Positions 10,717-21,977 of a stretch of 33,907 nt of DNA are shown here, piece by piece. The translations under genes were made by a program, and so were the position numbers. Each line of letters opens with the position of its first letter. Position 1 is the stretch's first letter. The stretch comes from Nemertoderma westbladi (lineage: Eukaryota; Animalia; Xenacoelomorpha), in assembly GCA_032718475.1 (NCBI GenBank), contig JAUCBJ010001836.1, positions 1 to 33,907 of the forward strand, read 5' to 3'. The notes under the pieces were generated by a model. That model did no database searches, was not told the DNA's origin, and saw only the letters and a list, made by a program, of their open reading frames with translations.

Positions 10717-13700
10717 GATAGGAGTAGCGCCCACCCCTACCTTCAGACCTTAGCGTAGTAGATAGGAGTAGCGCCCACTCCTACCTTCGGGTAGCAGATA
10801 GGAGTAGCGCCCACTCCTACCTTCGGGTAGCAGATAGGAGTAGCACCCACTCCTATCTTCGGCATTCGGGTAGCAGATAGGAGTAACGCCCACCCCTACC
10901 TTAGGGTAGCAGATAGGAGTAGCGCCCACTCCTACCTTAGGGTAGCAGATAGGAATAGCGCCCACCACTACCTTAGGGTAGCAGATAGGAATAGCGCCCA
11001 CCCCTACCTTCGGGTAGCAGATAGGAGTAGCGCCCACCCCTACCTTCGGGTAGCAGATAGGAGTAGCGCCCACCACTACCTTCGGGTAGCAGATAGGAGT
11101 AGCGCCCACACCTACCTTCGGGTAGCAGATAGGAGTAGCGCCCACCCCTACCTTCGGGTAGCAGATTGAATTAGCGCCCAGCCCTACCTTCGGGTAGCAG
11201 ATATGAATAGCGCCCACCCCTACCTTAGGGTAGCAGATAGAAGCAGCGCCCAGCCCTACCTTCGGGTAGCAGATAGGAATAGCGCCCACCCTACCTTCGA
11301 ATAGCAGGTAGGAGTAGCGCCCACCCCTACCTTCGGGTAGCAGGGAGGTGTAGCGCCACCCCTACCTTCGGGTAGCAGATAGGAGTAGCGCCCACGCCTA
11401 CCTTCGGGTAGCAGATAGGTGTAGCGCCCACCCCTACCTTCGGGTAGCAGGTAGGAGTAGCGCCCACCCCTACCTTCGGGTAGCAGAGTAGGTGTAGCGC
11501 CCACCCCTACCTTCGGGTAGCAGGTAGGAGTAGCGCCCACGCCCCGCCCACCCCTACCTTCGGGTAGCAGATAGGAGTAGCGCCCACCCCTACCTTCGGG
11601 TAGCAGATAGGAGTAGCGCCCACCACCTACCTTCGGGTAGCAGATAGGAGTAGCACCCACACCTACCTTCGGGTAGCAGATAGGAGTAGCGCCCACCCCT
11701 ACCTTCGGGTAGCAGATTGAAGCAGCGCCCAGCCCTACCTTCGGGTAGCAGATATGAATAGCGCCCACCCCTACCTTAGGGTAGCAGATAGAAGCAGCGC
11801 CCAGCCCTACCTTCGGGTAGCAGATAGGAATAGCGCCCACCCTACCTTCGAATAGCAGGTAGGAGTAGCGCCCACCCCTACCTTCGGGTAGCAGGGAGGT
11901 GTAGCGCCACCCCTACCTTCGGGTAGCAGATAGGAGTAGCGCCCACGCCTACCTTCGGGTAGCAGATAGGAGTAGCGCCCACCCCTACCTTCGGGTAGCA
12001 GATTGAAGCAGCGCCCAGCCCTACCTTCAGGTAGCAGATATGAATAGCGCCCACCCCTACCTTAGGGTAGCAGATAGAAGCAGCGCCCAGCCATACCTTC
12101 GGGTAGCAGATAGGAATAGCGCCCACCCTACCTTCGAATAGCAGGTAGGAGTAGCGCCCACCCCTACCTTTGGGTAGCAGATAGGAATAGCGCCCACCCA
12201 TACCTTCGGATAGCAGGTAGGAGTAGTGCCCACCCCTACCTTCGGGTAGCAGGTAGGAGTAGCGCCCACGCCCCGCCCACCACTACCTTCGGGTAGCAGA
12301 TAGGAATAGCGCCCACCCTTACCTTCGGGTAGCAGATAGGAGTAGCGCCCACTCCTACCTTCGGGTAGCAGATAGGAGTAGCGCCCACTCCTACCTTCGC
12401 GTAGCAGGTAGGAGTAGCGCCCACGCCCCGCCCACCCCTACCTTCGGGTAGCAGATAGGTGTAGCGCCCACCCCTACCTTCGGGTAGCAGATAGGAGTAG
12501 CGCCCACCCCTACCTTCGGGTAGCAGAGAGGTGTAGCACCCACCCCTACCTTCGGGTAGCAGATAGGAATAGCGCCCACCCCTACATTCGGGTAGCAGAT
12601 AGGAGTATCGCCCACCCCTACCTTCGGGTAGCAGGTAGGAGTAGCGCCCACGCCCCGCCCAACCCTACCTTTGGGTAACAGGTAGGAGTAGCGCCCACCC
12701 CTACCGTTGGGTAGCAGAGAGGAGTAGTGCCCACCCCTACCTTCGGGTAGCAGGTAGGAATAGCGCCCACCCCTACCTTCGGGTAGCAGATAGGAGTATC
12801 GCCCACCCCTACCTTCGGGTAGCAGGTAGGAGTAGCGCCCACGCCCCGCCCAACCCTACCTTTGGGTAACAGGTAGGAGTAGCGCCCACCCCTACCGTTG
12901 GGTAGCAGAGAGGAGTAGTGCCCACCCCTACCTTCGGGTAGCAGGTAGGAGTAGCGCCCACGCCCCGCCCACCACTACCTTCGGGTAGCAGATAGGAATA
13001 GCGCCCACCCTTACCTTCGGATAGCAGATAGGAGTAGCGCCCACTCCTACCTTCGGGTAGCAGATAGGAGTAGCGCCCACTCCTACCTTCGCGTAGCAGG
13101 TAGGAGTAGCGCCCACGCCCCGCCCACCCCTACCTTCGGGTAGCAGATAGGTGTAGCGCCCACCCCTACCTTCGGGTAGCAGATAGGAGTAGCGCCCACC
13201 CCTACCTTCGGGTAGCAGAGAGGTGTAGCACCCACCCCTACCTTCGGGTAGCAGATAGGAATAGCGCCCACCCCTACCTTCGGGTAGCAGATAGGAGTAT
13301 CGCCCACCCCTACCTTCGGGTAGCAGGTAGGAGTAGCGCCCACGCCCCGCCCAACCCTACCTTTGGGTAACAGGTAGGAGTAGCGCCCACCCCTACCGTT
13401 GGGTAGCAGAGAGGAGTAGTGCCCACCCCTACCTTCGGGTAGCAGGTAGGAATAGCGCCCACCCCTACCGTTGGGTAGCAGAGAGGAGTAGTGCCCACCC
13501 CTACCTTCGGGTAGCAGGTAGGAGTAGCGCCCACGCCCCGCCCACCACTACCTTCGGGTAGCAGATAGGAATAGCGCCCACCCTTACCTTCGGATAGCAG
13601 ATAGGAGTAGCGCCCACTCCTACCTTCGGGTAGCAGATAGGAGTAGCGCCCACTCCTACCTTCGCGTAGCAGGTAGGAGTAGCGCCCACGCCCCGCCCAC

Positions 13701-14061
13701 CCCTACCTTCGGGTAGCAGATAGGTGTAGCGCCCACCCCTACCTTCGGGTAGCAGATAGGAGTAGCGCCCACCCCTACCTTCGGGTAGCAAGAGGTGTAG
13801 CACCCACCCCTACCTTCGGGTAGCAGATAGGAATAGCGCCCACCCCTACCTTCGGGTAGCAGATAGGAGTATCGCCCACCCCTACCTTCGGGTAGCAGGT
13901 AGGAGTAGCGCCCACGCCCCGCCCAACCCTACCTTTGGGTAACAGGTAGGAGTAGCGCCCACCCCTACCGTTGGGTAGCAGAGAGGAGCAGTGCCCACCC
14001 CTACCTTCGGGTAGCAGGTAGGAATAGCGCCCACCCCTACCGTTGGGTAGCAGAGAGGAGT
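10681..14061. repeat. 36-bp minisatellite (~90 units, estimated from length) with higher-order structure
   Basis: Unit GATAGGAGTAGCGCCCACCCCTACCTTCGGGTAGCA, with 35- and 47-bp variants; blocks recur at a 692-bp offset (12236 vs 12928). Confidence 0.97.
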
Positions 14062-14408
14062 ATGACATTATGATTGATACGCACGTATTTTGAGTATAAG
14101 ATGTACCCCGTAATTCTCTGATACAGCACTCATGGGGGGGGGGGGGGGGGGGGGTGTTATTGTCCCGAGTGCAAGGGGTAATACCCTACCCTATCATAAT
14201 ATATAATTTGGTGAAGTACCGATACCATCTTAGTTAACTGCATTCTATGTGGGTAATATAATTTTTTGCCCTTCTTTATTTAAACATTAAAACTGTGACC
14301 ATCGAACTTAAGTTTTATCACTTAACAATAAGATGATAAATTAATGTAGTATCCTATAGCTTATACTTCCGGTATTGATGTTTTCGTTTTAATTTTGTTT
14401 GTTAACAG

Positions 14409-14489
14409 AAACCTCTCGACGAAGCTGATGGGAGATTAAACCTCAGAGGTCTCAATCTGGAACCCGGTAGAATGTTGGTACAATACGAG
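14409..14489 (+). CDS. Candidate internal exon B (81 nt, phase 0/0): KPLDEADGRLNLRGLNLEPGRMLVQYE
   Basis: Strong T-rich acceptor TTTTGTTTGTTAACAG; 27 open codons; donor GAG|GTAGGT. Confidence 0.6.
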
Positions 14490-17456
14490 GTAGGTTGCTG
14501 GTAGAATGTTGGTACAATACACAATACCAGGTAGGTTCTAGGTTGCTGGTAGAATGTTGGTACAATCGAGGTAGGTTCCCGATAAAATGTTGGTACAATA
14601 CACAATACCAGGTAGGTTCTAGGTTGCTGGTAGAATGTTGGTACAATCGAGGTAACTTCCCGGTAGAATGTTGGTACAATACGAGGTAGGTTCTAGGTTG
14701 CTGGTAGAATGTTGGTACAATGCGAGGTAGGTTCCCGGTAGAATGTTGGTATAATACGAGGTAAGTTCCCGGTAGAATGTTGGTACAATACGAGGTAGGT
14801 TCTAGGTTGCTGGTAGAATGTTGGTACAATACGAGGTAGGTTCCCGGTAGAATGTTGGTATAATACGAGGTAAGTTCCCGGTAGAATGTTGGTACAATAC
14901 GAGGTAGGTTCTAGGTTGCTGGTAGAATGTTGGTACAATCGAGGTAGGTTGCTGGTAGAATGTTGGTACAATCGAGGTAAGTTCCCGGTAGAATGTTGGT
15001 ACAATACGAGGTAGGTTCTAGGTTGCTGGTAGAATGTTGGTACAATACGAGGTAGGTTCTAGGTTGCTGGTAGAATGTTGGTACAATCGAGGTAAGTTCC
15101 CGGTAGAATGTCTGGTATAATACGAGGTAAGTTCCCGGTAGAATGTTGGTATAATACGAGGTAGGTTCTAGGTTTCTGGTAGAATGTTGGTATAATACGA
15201 GGTAGGTTCTAGGTTGCTGGTAGAATGTTGGTACAATCGAGGTAAGTTCCCGGTAGAATGTTGGTATAATACGAGGTAAGTTCCCGGTAGAATGTTGGTA
15301 TAATACGAGGTAGGTTCTAGGTTTCTGGTAGAATGTTGGTACAATCGAGGTAAGTTCCCGGTAGAATGTTGGTATAATACGAGGTAAGTTCCCGGTAGAA
15401 TGTTGGTATAATACGAGGTAGGTTCTAGGTTTCTGGTAGAATGTTGGTACAATCGAGGTAAGTTCCCGGTAGAATGTTGGTACAATACGAGGTAGGTTCT
15501 AGGTTGCTGGTAGAATGTTGGTACAATACGAGGTAGGTTCTAGGTTCCCGGTAGAATGTTGGTACAATACGAGGTAGGTTCTAGGTTGCTGGTAGAATGT
15601 TGGTACAATCGAGGTAGGTTCCCGGTAGAATGTTGGTATAATACGAGGTAAGTTCCCGGTAGAATGTTGGTACAATACGAGGTAAGTTCTAGGTTGCTGG
15701 TAGAATGTTGGTACAATACGAGGTAGGTTCTAGGTTGCTGGTAGAATGTTGGTACAATCGAGGTAAGTTCCCGGTAGAATGTTGGTACAATACGAGGTAG
15801 GTTCTAGGTTGCTGGTAGAATGTTGGTACAATACGAGGTAGGTTCCCGGTAGAATGTTGGTATAATACGAGGTAGGTTCTAGGTTGCTGGTAGAATGTTG
15901 GTACAATCGAGGTAAGTTCCCGGTAGAATGTTGGTTTAATACGAGGTAGGTTCTAGGTTGCTGGTAGAATGTTGGTACAATCGAGGTAAGTTCCCGGTAG
16001 AATGTTGGTACAATACGAGGTAGGTTCTAGGTTGCTGGTAGAATGTTGGTACAATACGAGGTAGGTTCTAGGTTGCTGGTAGAATGTTGGTACAATACGA
16101 GGTAGGTTCCCGGTAGAATGTTGGTACAATACGAGGTAGGTTCCCGGTAGAATGTTGGTATAATACGAGGTAGGTTCTAGGTTGCTGGTAGAATGTTGGT
16201 ACAATCGAGGTAAGTTCCCGGTAGAATGTTGGTACAATACGAGGTAGGTTCTAGGTTGCTGGTAGAATGTTGGTACAATACGAGGTAGGTTCTAGGTTGC
16301 TGGTAGAATGTTGGTACAATACGAGGTAGGTTCTAGGTTGCTGGTAGAATGTTGGTACAATCGAGGTAAGTTCCCGGTAGAATGTTGGTACAATACGAGG
16401 TAGGTTCTAGGTTGCTGGTAGAATGTTGGTACAATACGAGGTAGGTTCCCGGTAGAATGTTGGTATAATACGAGGTAAGTTCCCGGTAGAATGTTGGTAC
16501 AATACGAGGTAGGTTCTAGGTTGCTGGTAGAATGTTGGTACAATACGAGGTAGGTTCTAGGTTGCTGGTAGAATGTTGGTACAATACGAGGTAGGTTCCC
16601 GGTAGAATGTTGGTATAATACGAGGTAAGTTCCCGGTAGAATGTTGGTACAATACGAGGTAGGTTCTAGGTTGCTGGTAGAATGTTGGTACAATACGAGG
16701 TAGGTTCTAGGTTGCTGGTAGAATGTTGGTACAATACGAGGTAGGTTCCCGGTAGAATGTTGGTATAATACGAGGTAAGTTCCCGGTAGAATGTTGGTAT
16801 AATACGAGGTAAGTTCCCGGTAGAATGTTGGTACAATACGAGGTAGGTTCTAAGTTGCTGGTAGAATGTTGGTACAATCGAGGTAGGTTGCTGGTAGAAT
16901 GTTGGTACAATCGAGGTAGGTTCCCGGTAGAATGTTGGTACAATTCGAGGTAGGTTCCCGGTAGAATGTTGGTATAATACGAGGTAAGTTCCCGGTAGAA
17001 TGTTGGTATAATACGAGGTAAGTTCCCGGTAGAATGTTGGTACAATACGAGGTAGGTTCTAGGTTGCTGGCAGAATGTTGGTACAATCGAGGTAGGTTGC
17101 TGGTAGAATGTTGGTACAATCGAGGTAGGTTCCCGGTAGAATGTTGGTACAATACGAGGTATGTTCCCGGTAGAATGTTGGTATAATACGAGGTAAGTTC
17201 CCGGTAGAATGTTGGTATAATACGAGGTAAGTTCCCGGTAGAATGTTGTGGTAAAATACGAGGTAAGTTCCCGGTAGAATGTTGGTATAATACGAGGTAA
17301 GTTCCCGGTAGAATGTTGGTACAATACGAGGTAAGTTCCCGATAGAATGTTGGTACAATACGATGTAGGTTCTAGGTTGCTGGTAGAATGTTGGTACAAT
17401 CGAGGTAAGTTTCCGGTAGAATGTTGGTATAATACGAGGTAGGTTTCTGGTAGAAT
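14465..17456. repeat. 33/34/41-bp composite minisatellite (~80 units, estimated from length)
   Basis: Core GGTAGAATGTTGGTA(C/T)AAT(A)CGAGGTA(G/A)GTT followed by CCC, GCT or CTAGGTTGCT. Confidence 0.97.
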
Positions 17457-17918
17457 ACTGTCAAAATTTTGGTCTTTCTGGAGTTAATAAAAAGACCAAC
17501 ACTAGAAGCAGCCTGTTCTTATCAGCTGAGGAGCCGTTTGGCTCCCTCTAGTGATTCTGAGAGTACTCCTAAGTCATCAGCAAAGTCTAGATCAGTTAGG
17601 TACTTGGCAGGATTTTCTCGACCTGATCTGATTGCTGCAATAATTTCATCAGGAATCCCATATAATGAAAGTATGCTGAACATACGTGAGCGAGAGACTG
17701 AATCAAAGGCCTTGAAGGAGTCGACAAAGATAACAGCCAGATGCCTGTCTTTCTTTTTTGATAACTCTACAATTATCCTTCTAAGTGCCAAAATGGGCTC
17801 CATGGTCCCACGACCTTTACGGAACCCATTCTGATTTCCACGGAGCAGTCTCTCAATGGGATCCCTGATGCGATTTAATAGAATTCTATTGTATAGCTTT
17901 GCAGCAATCGAGATCAAT
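17457..17918 (-). mobile_element. RTE LINE RT fragment, inverted, with a 195-bp in-frame internal deletion
   Basis: Matches 6946-7241 joined to 7618-7785; ORF ...AIRSGRENPAKYLTDLDFADDL. Confidence 0.92.
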
Positions 17919-18106
17919 TACTTGAGTTGATAGCAGTTTAGTTTTCCATCACCTCTAAGTTCAGTTTCAGTTTACCACCATATTACAGAAGTTCAGTTGT
18001 GGATTTCAATGTCAAAACAATGCTGCAACTAACTGTAGACCTATTAGTCCAGCATAGACATCTATTCAAGTATTCAATCATGCTACCAGTAACCAGTACC
18101 AGTACT

Positions 18107-19425
18107 GTTTGTGGGGCGAGCCACGAAGTTGGCGGAGCCTTAGCGAATTGACACTGTTAGGGGGTGGGTCAATTTATGCAAATAGTTGTCGTCGTCGTCG
18201 TCGTCGTTGTCGTCGTCGTCGTCGTCGTTGTCGTCGTCGTCGTCGTTACGATTTTGACATGCTAATAACTTTGTCGGATTTAAAGCTGCCAAGTTGAAAA
18301 TTTGTAGGTATCAATATGAGCAAAAGTTGAGATTTTTGAGAGACTTTCAGACACCATCAGTGCAATGGTCTCCCGCTAGAGGGCCACATGTCTAAACATT
18401 AAATGCCCTCCCATTTCTTTGCTTTTAATCCGTTTAAGCTGAAACTTGGCAGATATGTATTAGACCATTAGCTGTGACTTTCAAAGGAGGCGAATCCATC
18501 TGCAGTTCTCCAGTCTGCCGCTAGAGGGCCAAAGGTCTGAAAGTGAAATCGTTGTCGTCGTTACGATTTTGACATGCTAATAACTATGTCGGATTTAAAG
18601 CTGCCAAGTTGAAAATTTGTAGGTATCAATATGAGCTAAAGTTGAGATTTTTGAGAGACTTTCAGACACCATCAGTGCAATGGTCTCCCGCTAGAGGGCC
18701 ACATGTCTAAACATTAAATGCCCTCCCATTTCTTTGCTTTTAATCCGTTTAAGCTGAAACTTGGCAGATATGTATTAGACCATTAGCTGTGACTTTCAAA
18801 GGAGGCGAATCCATCTGCAGTTCTCCAGTCTGCCGCTAGAGGGCCAAATGTCTGAAAGTGAAATCGTTGTCGTCGTTATGATATTGACATGCTTATAACT
18901 TTGTCGAATTTAAAGCTGCCAAATTGAAAATTTGTTTTGTTGAAAATCAGTTCAACAGTCACCCGCTATAGGACTACTTTATGCCTGAAAGTGAATAGAT
19001 TCTCCCGTCTCATTGATTTTAATCAGTTTAAGCTGAATCTTGCCATATATTCTGGACCACATGCTGCGTCTTTGTGGGGGGGGGGGGGGGGGGGAGATTT
19101 AATCGGTCTGCCGCTATACGACGAAATTTCTGAAAGTGAGATCCGTCTCTCATTTCGTTATCCGTTATTCAAGATGAAACTTGGCCGATGTACGTATGTA
19201 CTATTCATCCATAGGCTGTGTCTTTGTGGGGCTGGAGACCCTAATCCATCTTCAGTTCTCACTATACCGCTAGAGTCAGAAATGTCTGAATAGAAATGAA
19301 AGAGGTAAAAAGTGATTAGGCGAAATCTGCTTAAAATTTGCTAATACAGTAATACTTTCGAATTAGTACTTAAATTAAATTTAAGTCACGTGCTGCGCGA
19401 AGGCCCCACTTCGTGTAGGTCTAGT
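18107..19425 (+). mobile_element. Non-autonomous Helitron/Helentron-associated (HINE-like) element with microsatellite and internal tandem repeats
   Basis: 5' TTTGTGGGGC..CACGAAGT and 3' GCCCCACTTCGTG..CTAGT form subterminal inverted motifs with a CTAG end; (GTC)n at 18188-18246; 315-bp repeats start at 18241, 18556 and 18871, then degenerate. Confidence 0.6.
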
Positions 19426-19842
19426 CATACAGTATTACACAAGGGGTAGGCCTACTTTACTACATAGTAAAGTAGCCCTTGGTACAAGTTTTAAAGCATC
19501 CACTATATATACATGATTGAATTAATAGAAGGCCAAACTGGGGTAATATAGGCCTAATAACAGTTGAAGCAAGGTTTTAAATTTACCTCTCTAAATACAC
19601 CATTTATCTTACTTAATACAACAACCATTTTTGGCAAGTCGGAGTCTAATTTTTTTTTAATTTCAATCATATGCTACAGCTACGAAATTTGGTATGATGA
19701 TAGTTCGACAATTTTTCTTACTACTGGCAGAGCCGGATTTTCCAATTATGAGCTATTTCGAAACAACACATCGTTAAAAATCGTCTATTTGGCAACATTG
19801 AGTTACCGTAATCGGCTTTATTTGTCGTCTTTGGAATGTAAT

Positions 19843-20229
19843 CTAGATATTATGAGAACCGCCTTCATCTGCTGATTCCAAATCTGAAAACCATTTTATA
19901 TTTCACCAAAAATAGCCAAAGATATTATCAAAATATTAAGGTGTAAATTTTAAGACGTTAATCGCTATAATTCTACTGTTTTATTTACTCAATTCTAGAA
20001 TATTAATTAGCCTACGCGTAATGACGAAATAATATGGAGTGTTTTAAAGGCTCAACTAAATAATAATTACTATTCTAGAATAAAGACAAAAAAACATTCG
20101 AATTATAGCGATTTACGTCTCAAAATTTACACCTTAGTATTTTGATAAATTTGACAATTTTTGTTGAAATTTAAAACGGTTTTCAGATACGGAATCTACA
20201 GATGAAGGCGGTTCTAATGGTATCCAGAT
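19843..20229. repeat. ~390-bp imperfect palindrome (MITE/foldback-like)
   Basis: AGAACCGCCTTCATCTG...AATCGCTATAATTC (19855-19973) is the reverse complement of GAATTATAGCGATT...CAGATGAAGGCGGTTCT (20100-20215). Confidence 0.8.
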
Positions 20230-20234
20230 CCCGT

Positions 20235-20532
20235 CATTCGGTTTCATCGGTTATCATTCATTTAGATACGCTGCCCCTTTCGTATTTAACAGCCTCCCAC
20301 TCAGTTTAAAAAGACTTGCTTAAATTTGGAGTCATTCAAACGACAATTGAAAACATGTTCCTTCATTCGATAGGGCCTTCAAATAACTCAAATAATTTCT
20401 TCTTTGAAAAGTTATTATATTTTCTGATATTTTCTGTGCAATAGACTTTTACATTTACTTAGCGCCTTTGAACCTTAGCAGAAAAGAGCGCTTTATCAAT
20501 AACTGTATTATTATTACTATTATTATTATTAT
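20235..20532 (+). mobile_element. 3' end of an L2/CR1-group LINE
   Basis: Translates to GYHSFRYAAPFVFNSLPLSLK / LESFKRQLKT, typical of the L2-group ORF2 C-terminus; followed by AGCGC...AGCGCT and a (TAT)n tail. Confidence 0.7.
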
Positions 20533-21074
20533 GTGTTAAGGGAGAGAGAGTGTATAGAAATTACATACACATAAGACAATAGATTAATTTGTCACAAACG
20601 GCGCTTGTATTTTACCGACCATACATATTGATATTATACATTTATGCATTACATACATTACATATATACACATCTAAAATTACCATGTGTGGTACCGGTA
20701 TCGATAAATAAAGTCCCAAACGTCGCCCCATATAATCGGCCTGTTGCATTGCAGCATTGAATTGCAGCATTGACGATGCTATGCTGGCTTAACAAAAATA
20801 TTGTGCCACACTGCCACTACCATTCAATCCACAATTAGCATGACTCAAAGCAGCATTACTACTTCTCTACTAATGTAAATATAAATAAGCAGGTTTGCAA
20901 ATTTTATGGAAAGGCCTTTGGCCTAACTGGTAGAACTCAAAGTTTACCGAACTTTTGTGAAGGTAATAGGTTTAGTTTACTATTACTGTAGCAGTTTTAT
21001 TGTAAATGAGAAAAAATTGGCTCTTATTTTTTGCTGACGGCATTATTATTTACAATGCGACATCTCCAGAATTA

Positions 21075-21874
21075 TAGTCCCATAGTTACTACCATTTCAG
21101 TGTGATATGCGCCCGGGCTAGTCCCATAGTTACTACCATTTCAGTGTGATATGCGCCCGGGCTAGTCCCTTAGTTACTACCATTTCAGTGTGATATGCGC
21201 CCGGGCTAGTCCCTTAGTTACTACCATTTCAGTGTTATATGCGCCCGGGATAGTCCCTTAGTTACTACCATTTCAGTGTGATATGCGCCCGGGCTAGTCC
21301 CTTAGTTACTACCATTTCAGTGTGATATGCGCCCGGGCTAGTCCCTTAGTTACTACAATTTCAGTGTGATATGCGCCCGGGCTAGTCCCTTAGTTACTAC
21401 CATTTCAGTGTGATATGCGCCCGGGCTAGTCCCTTAGTTACTACCATTTCAGTGTGATATGCGCCCGGGCTAGTCCCTTAGTTACTACCATTTCAGTGTG
21501 ATATGCGCCCGGGCTAGTCCCTTAGTTACTACCATTTCAGTGTGATATGCGCCCGGGCTAGTCCCTTAGTTACTACCATTTCAGTGTGATATGCGCCCGG
21601 GCTAGTCCCTTAGTTACTACCATTTCAGTGTGATATGCGCCCGGGCTAGTCCCTTAGTTACTACCATTTCAGTGTGATATGCGCCCGGGCTAGTCCCTTA
21701 GTTACTACCATTTCAGTGTGATATGCGCCCGGGCTAGTCCCTTAGTTACTACCATTTCAGTGTGATATGCGCCCGGGCTAGTCCCTTAGTTACTACCATT
21801 TCAGTGTGATATGCGCCCGGGCTAGTCCCTTAGTTACTACCATTTCAGTGTGATATGCGCCCGGGCTAGTCCCT
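21075..21874. repeat. 44-bp minisatellite, 18 nearly identical units
   Basis: Unit TAGTCCCTTAGTTACTACCATTTCAGTGTGATATGCGCCCGGGC; TAGTCCC recurs from 21075 to 21867 at period 44. Confidence 0.97.
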
Positions 21875-21919
21875 TTAAAGTTTTGGTGCCGAAACGAAGA
21901 CTCCCCTTATCCCCTTACA

Positions 21920-21977
21920 TGGCTTGAACTGAACCTACAACCTCTGTGCAGGGAATAAACCACTACGCCAAGGCGGC
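21920..21977 (-). mobile_element. Degenerate tRNA-like SINE head
   Basis: Minus strand GCCGCCTTGGCGTAGTGG (A-box-like)...GGTTGTAGGTTCAGTTC (B-box-like); box spacing is short. Confidence 0.4.

Noticed and set aside
10750-14068. Repetitive ORFs (VGATPICYPKVG)n on the minus strand
   Set aside because: By-product of a 36-bp unit; frequent 35/47-bp units break the frame, and the unit derives from a SINE
14402-17399. Repetitive ORFs (LYQHSTGNLPR...) on the minus strand
   Set aside because: Unit lengths of 33/34/41 shuffle frames; no coding signal
14465-17456. CRISPR-like appearance (constant core with variable linkers)
   Set aside because: The linkers are a few recurring variants rather than unique spacers, there are no cas genes, and the context is eukaryotic
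18109-18297. Arg-rich protamine-like ORF
   Set aside because: Translation of the (GTC)n microsatellite
21075-21874. 44-bp repeats as a CRISPR array
   Set aside because: Units are head-to-tail with no spacers
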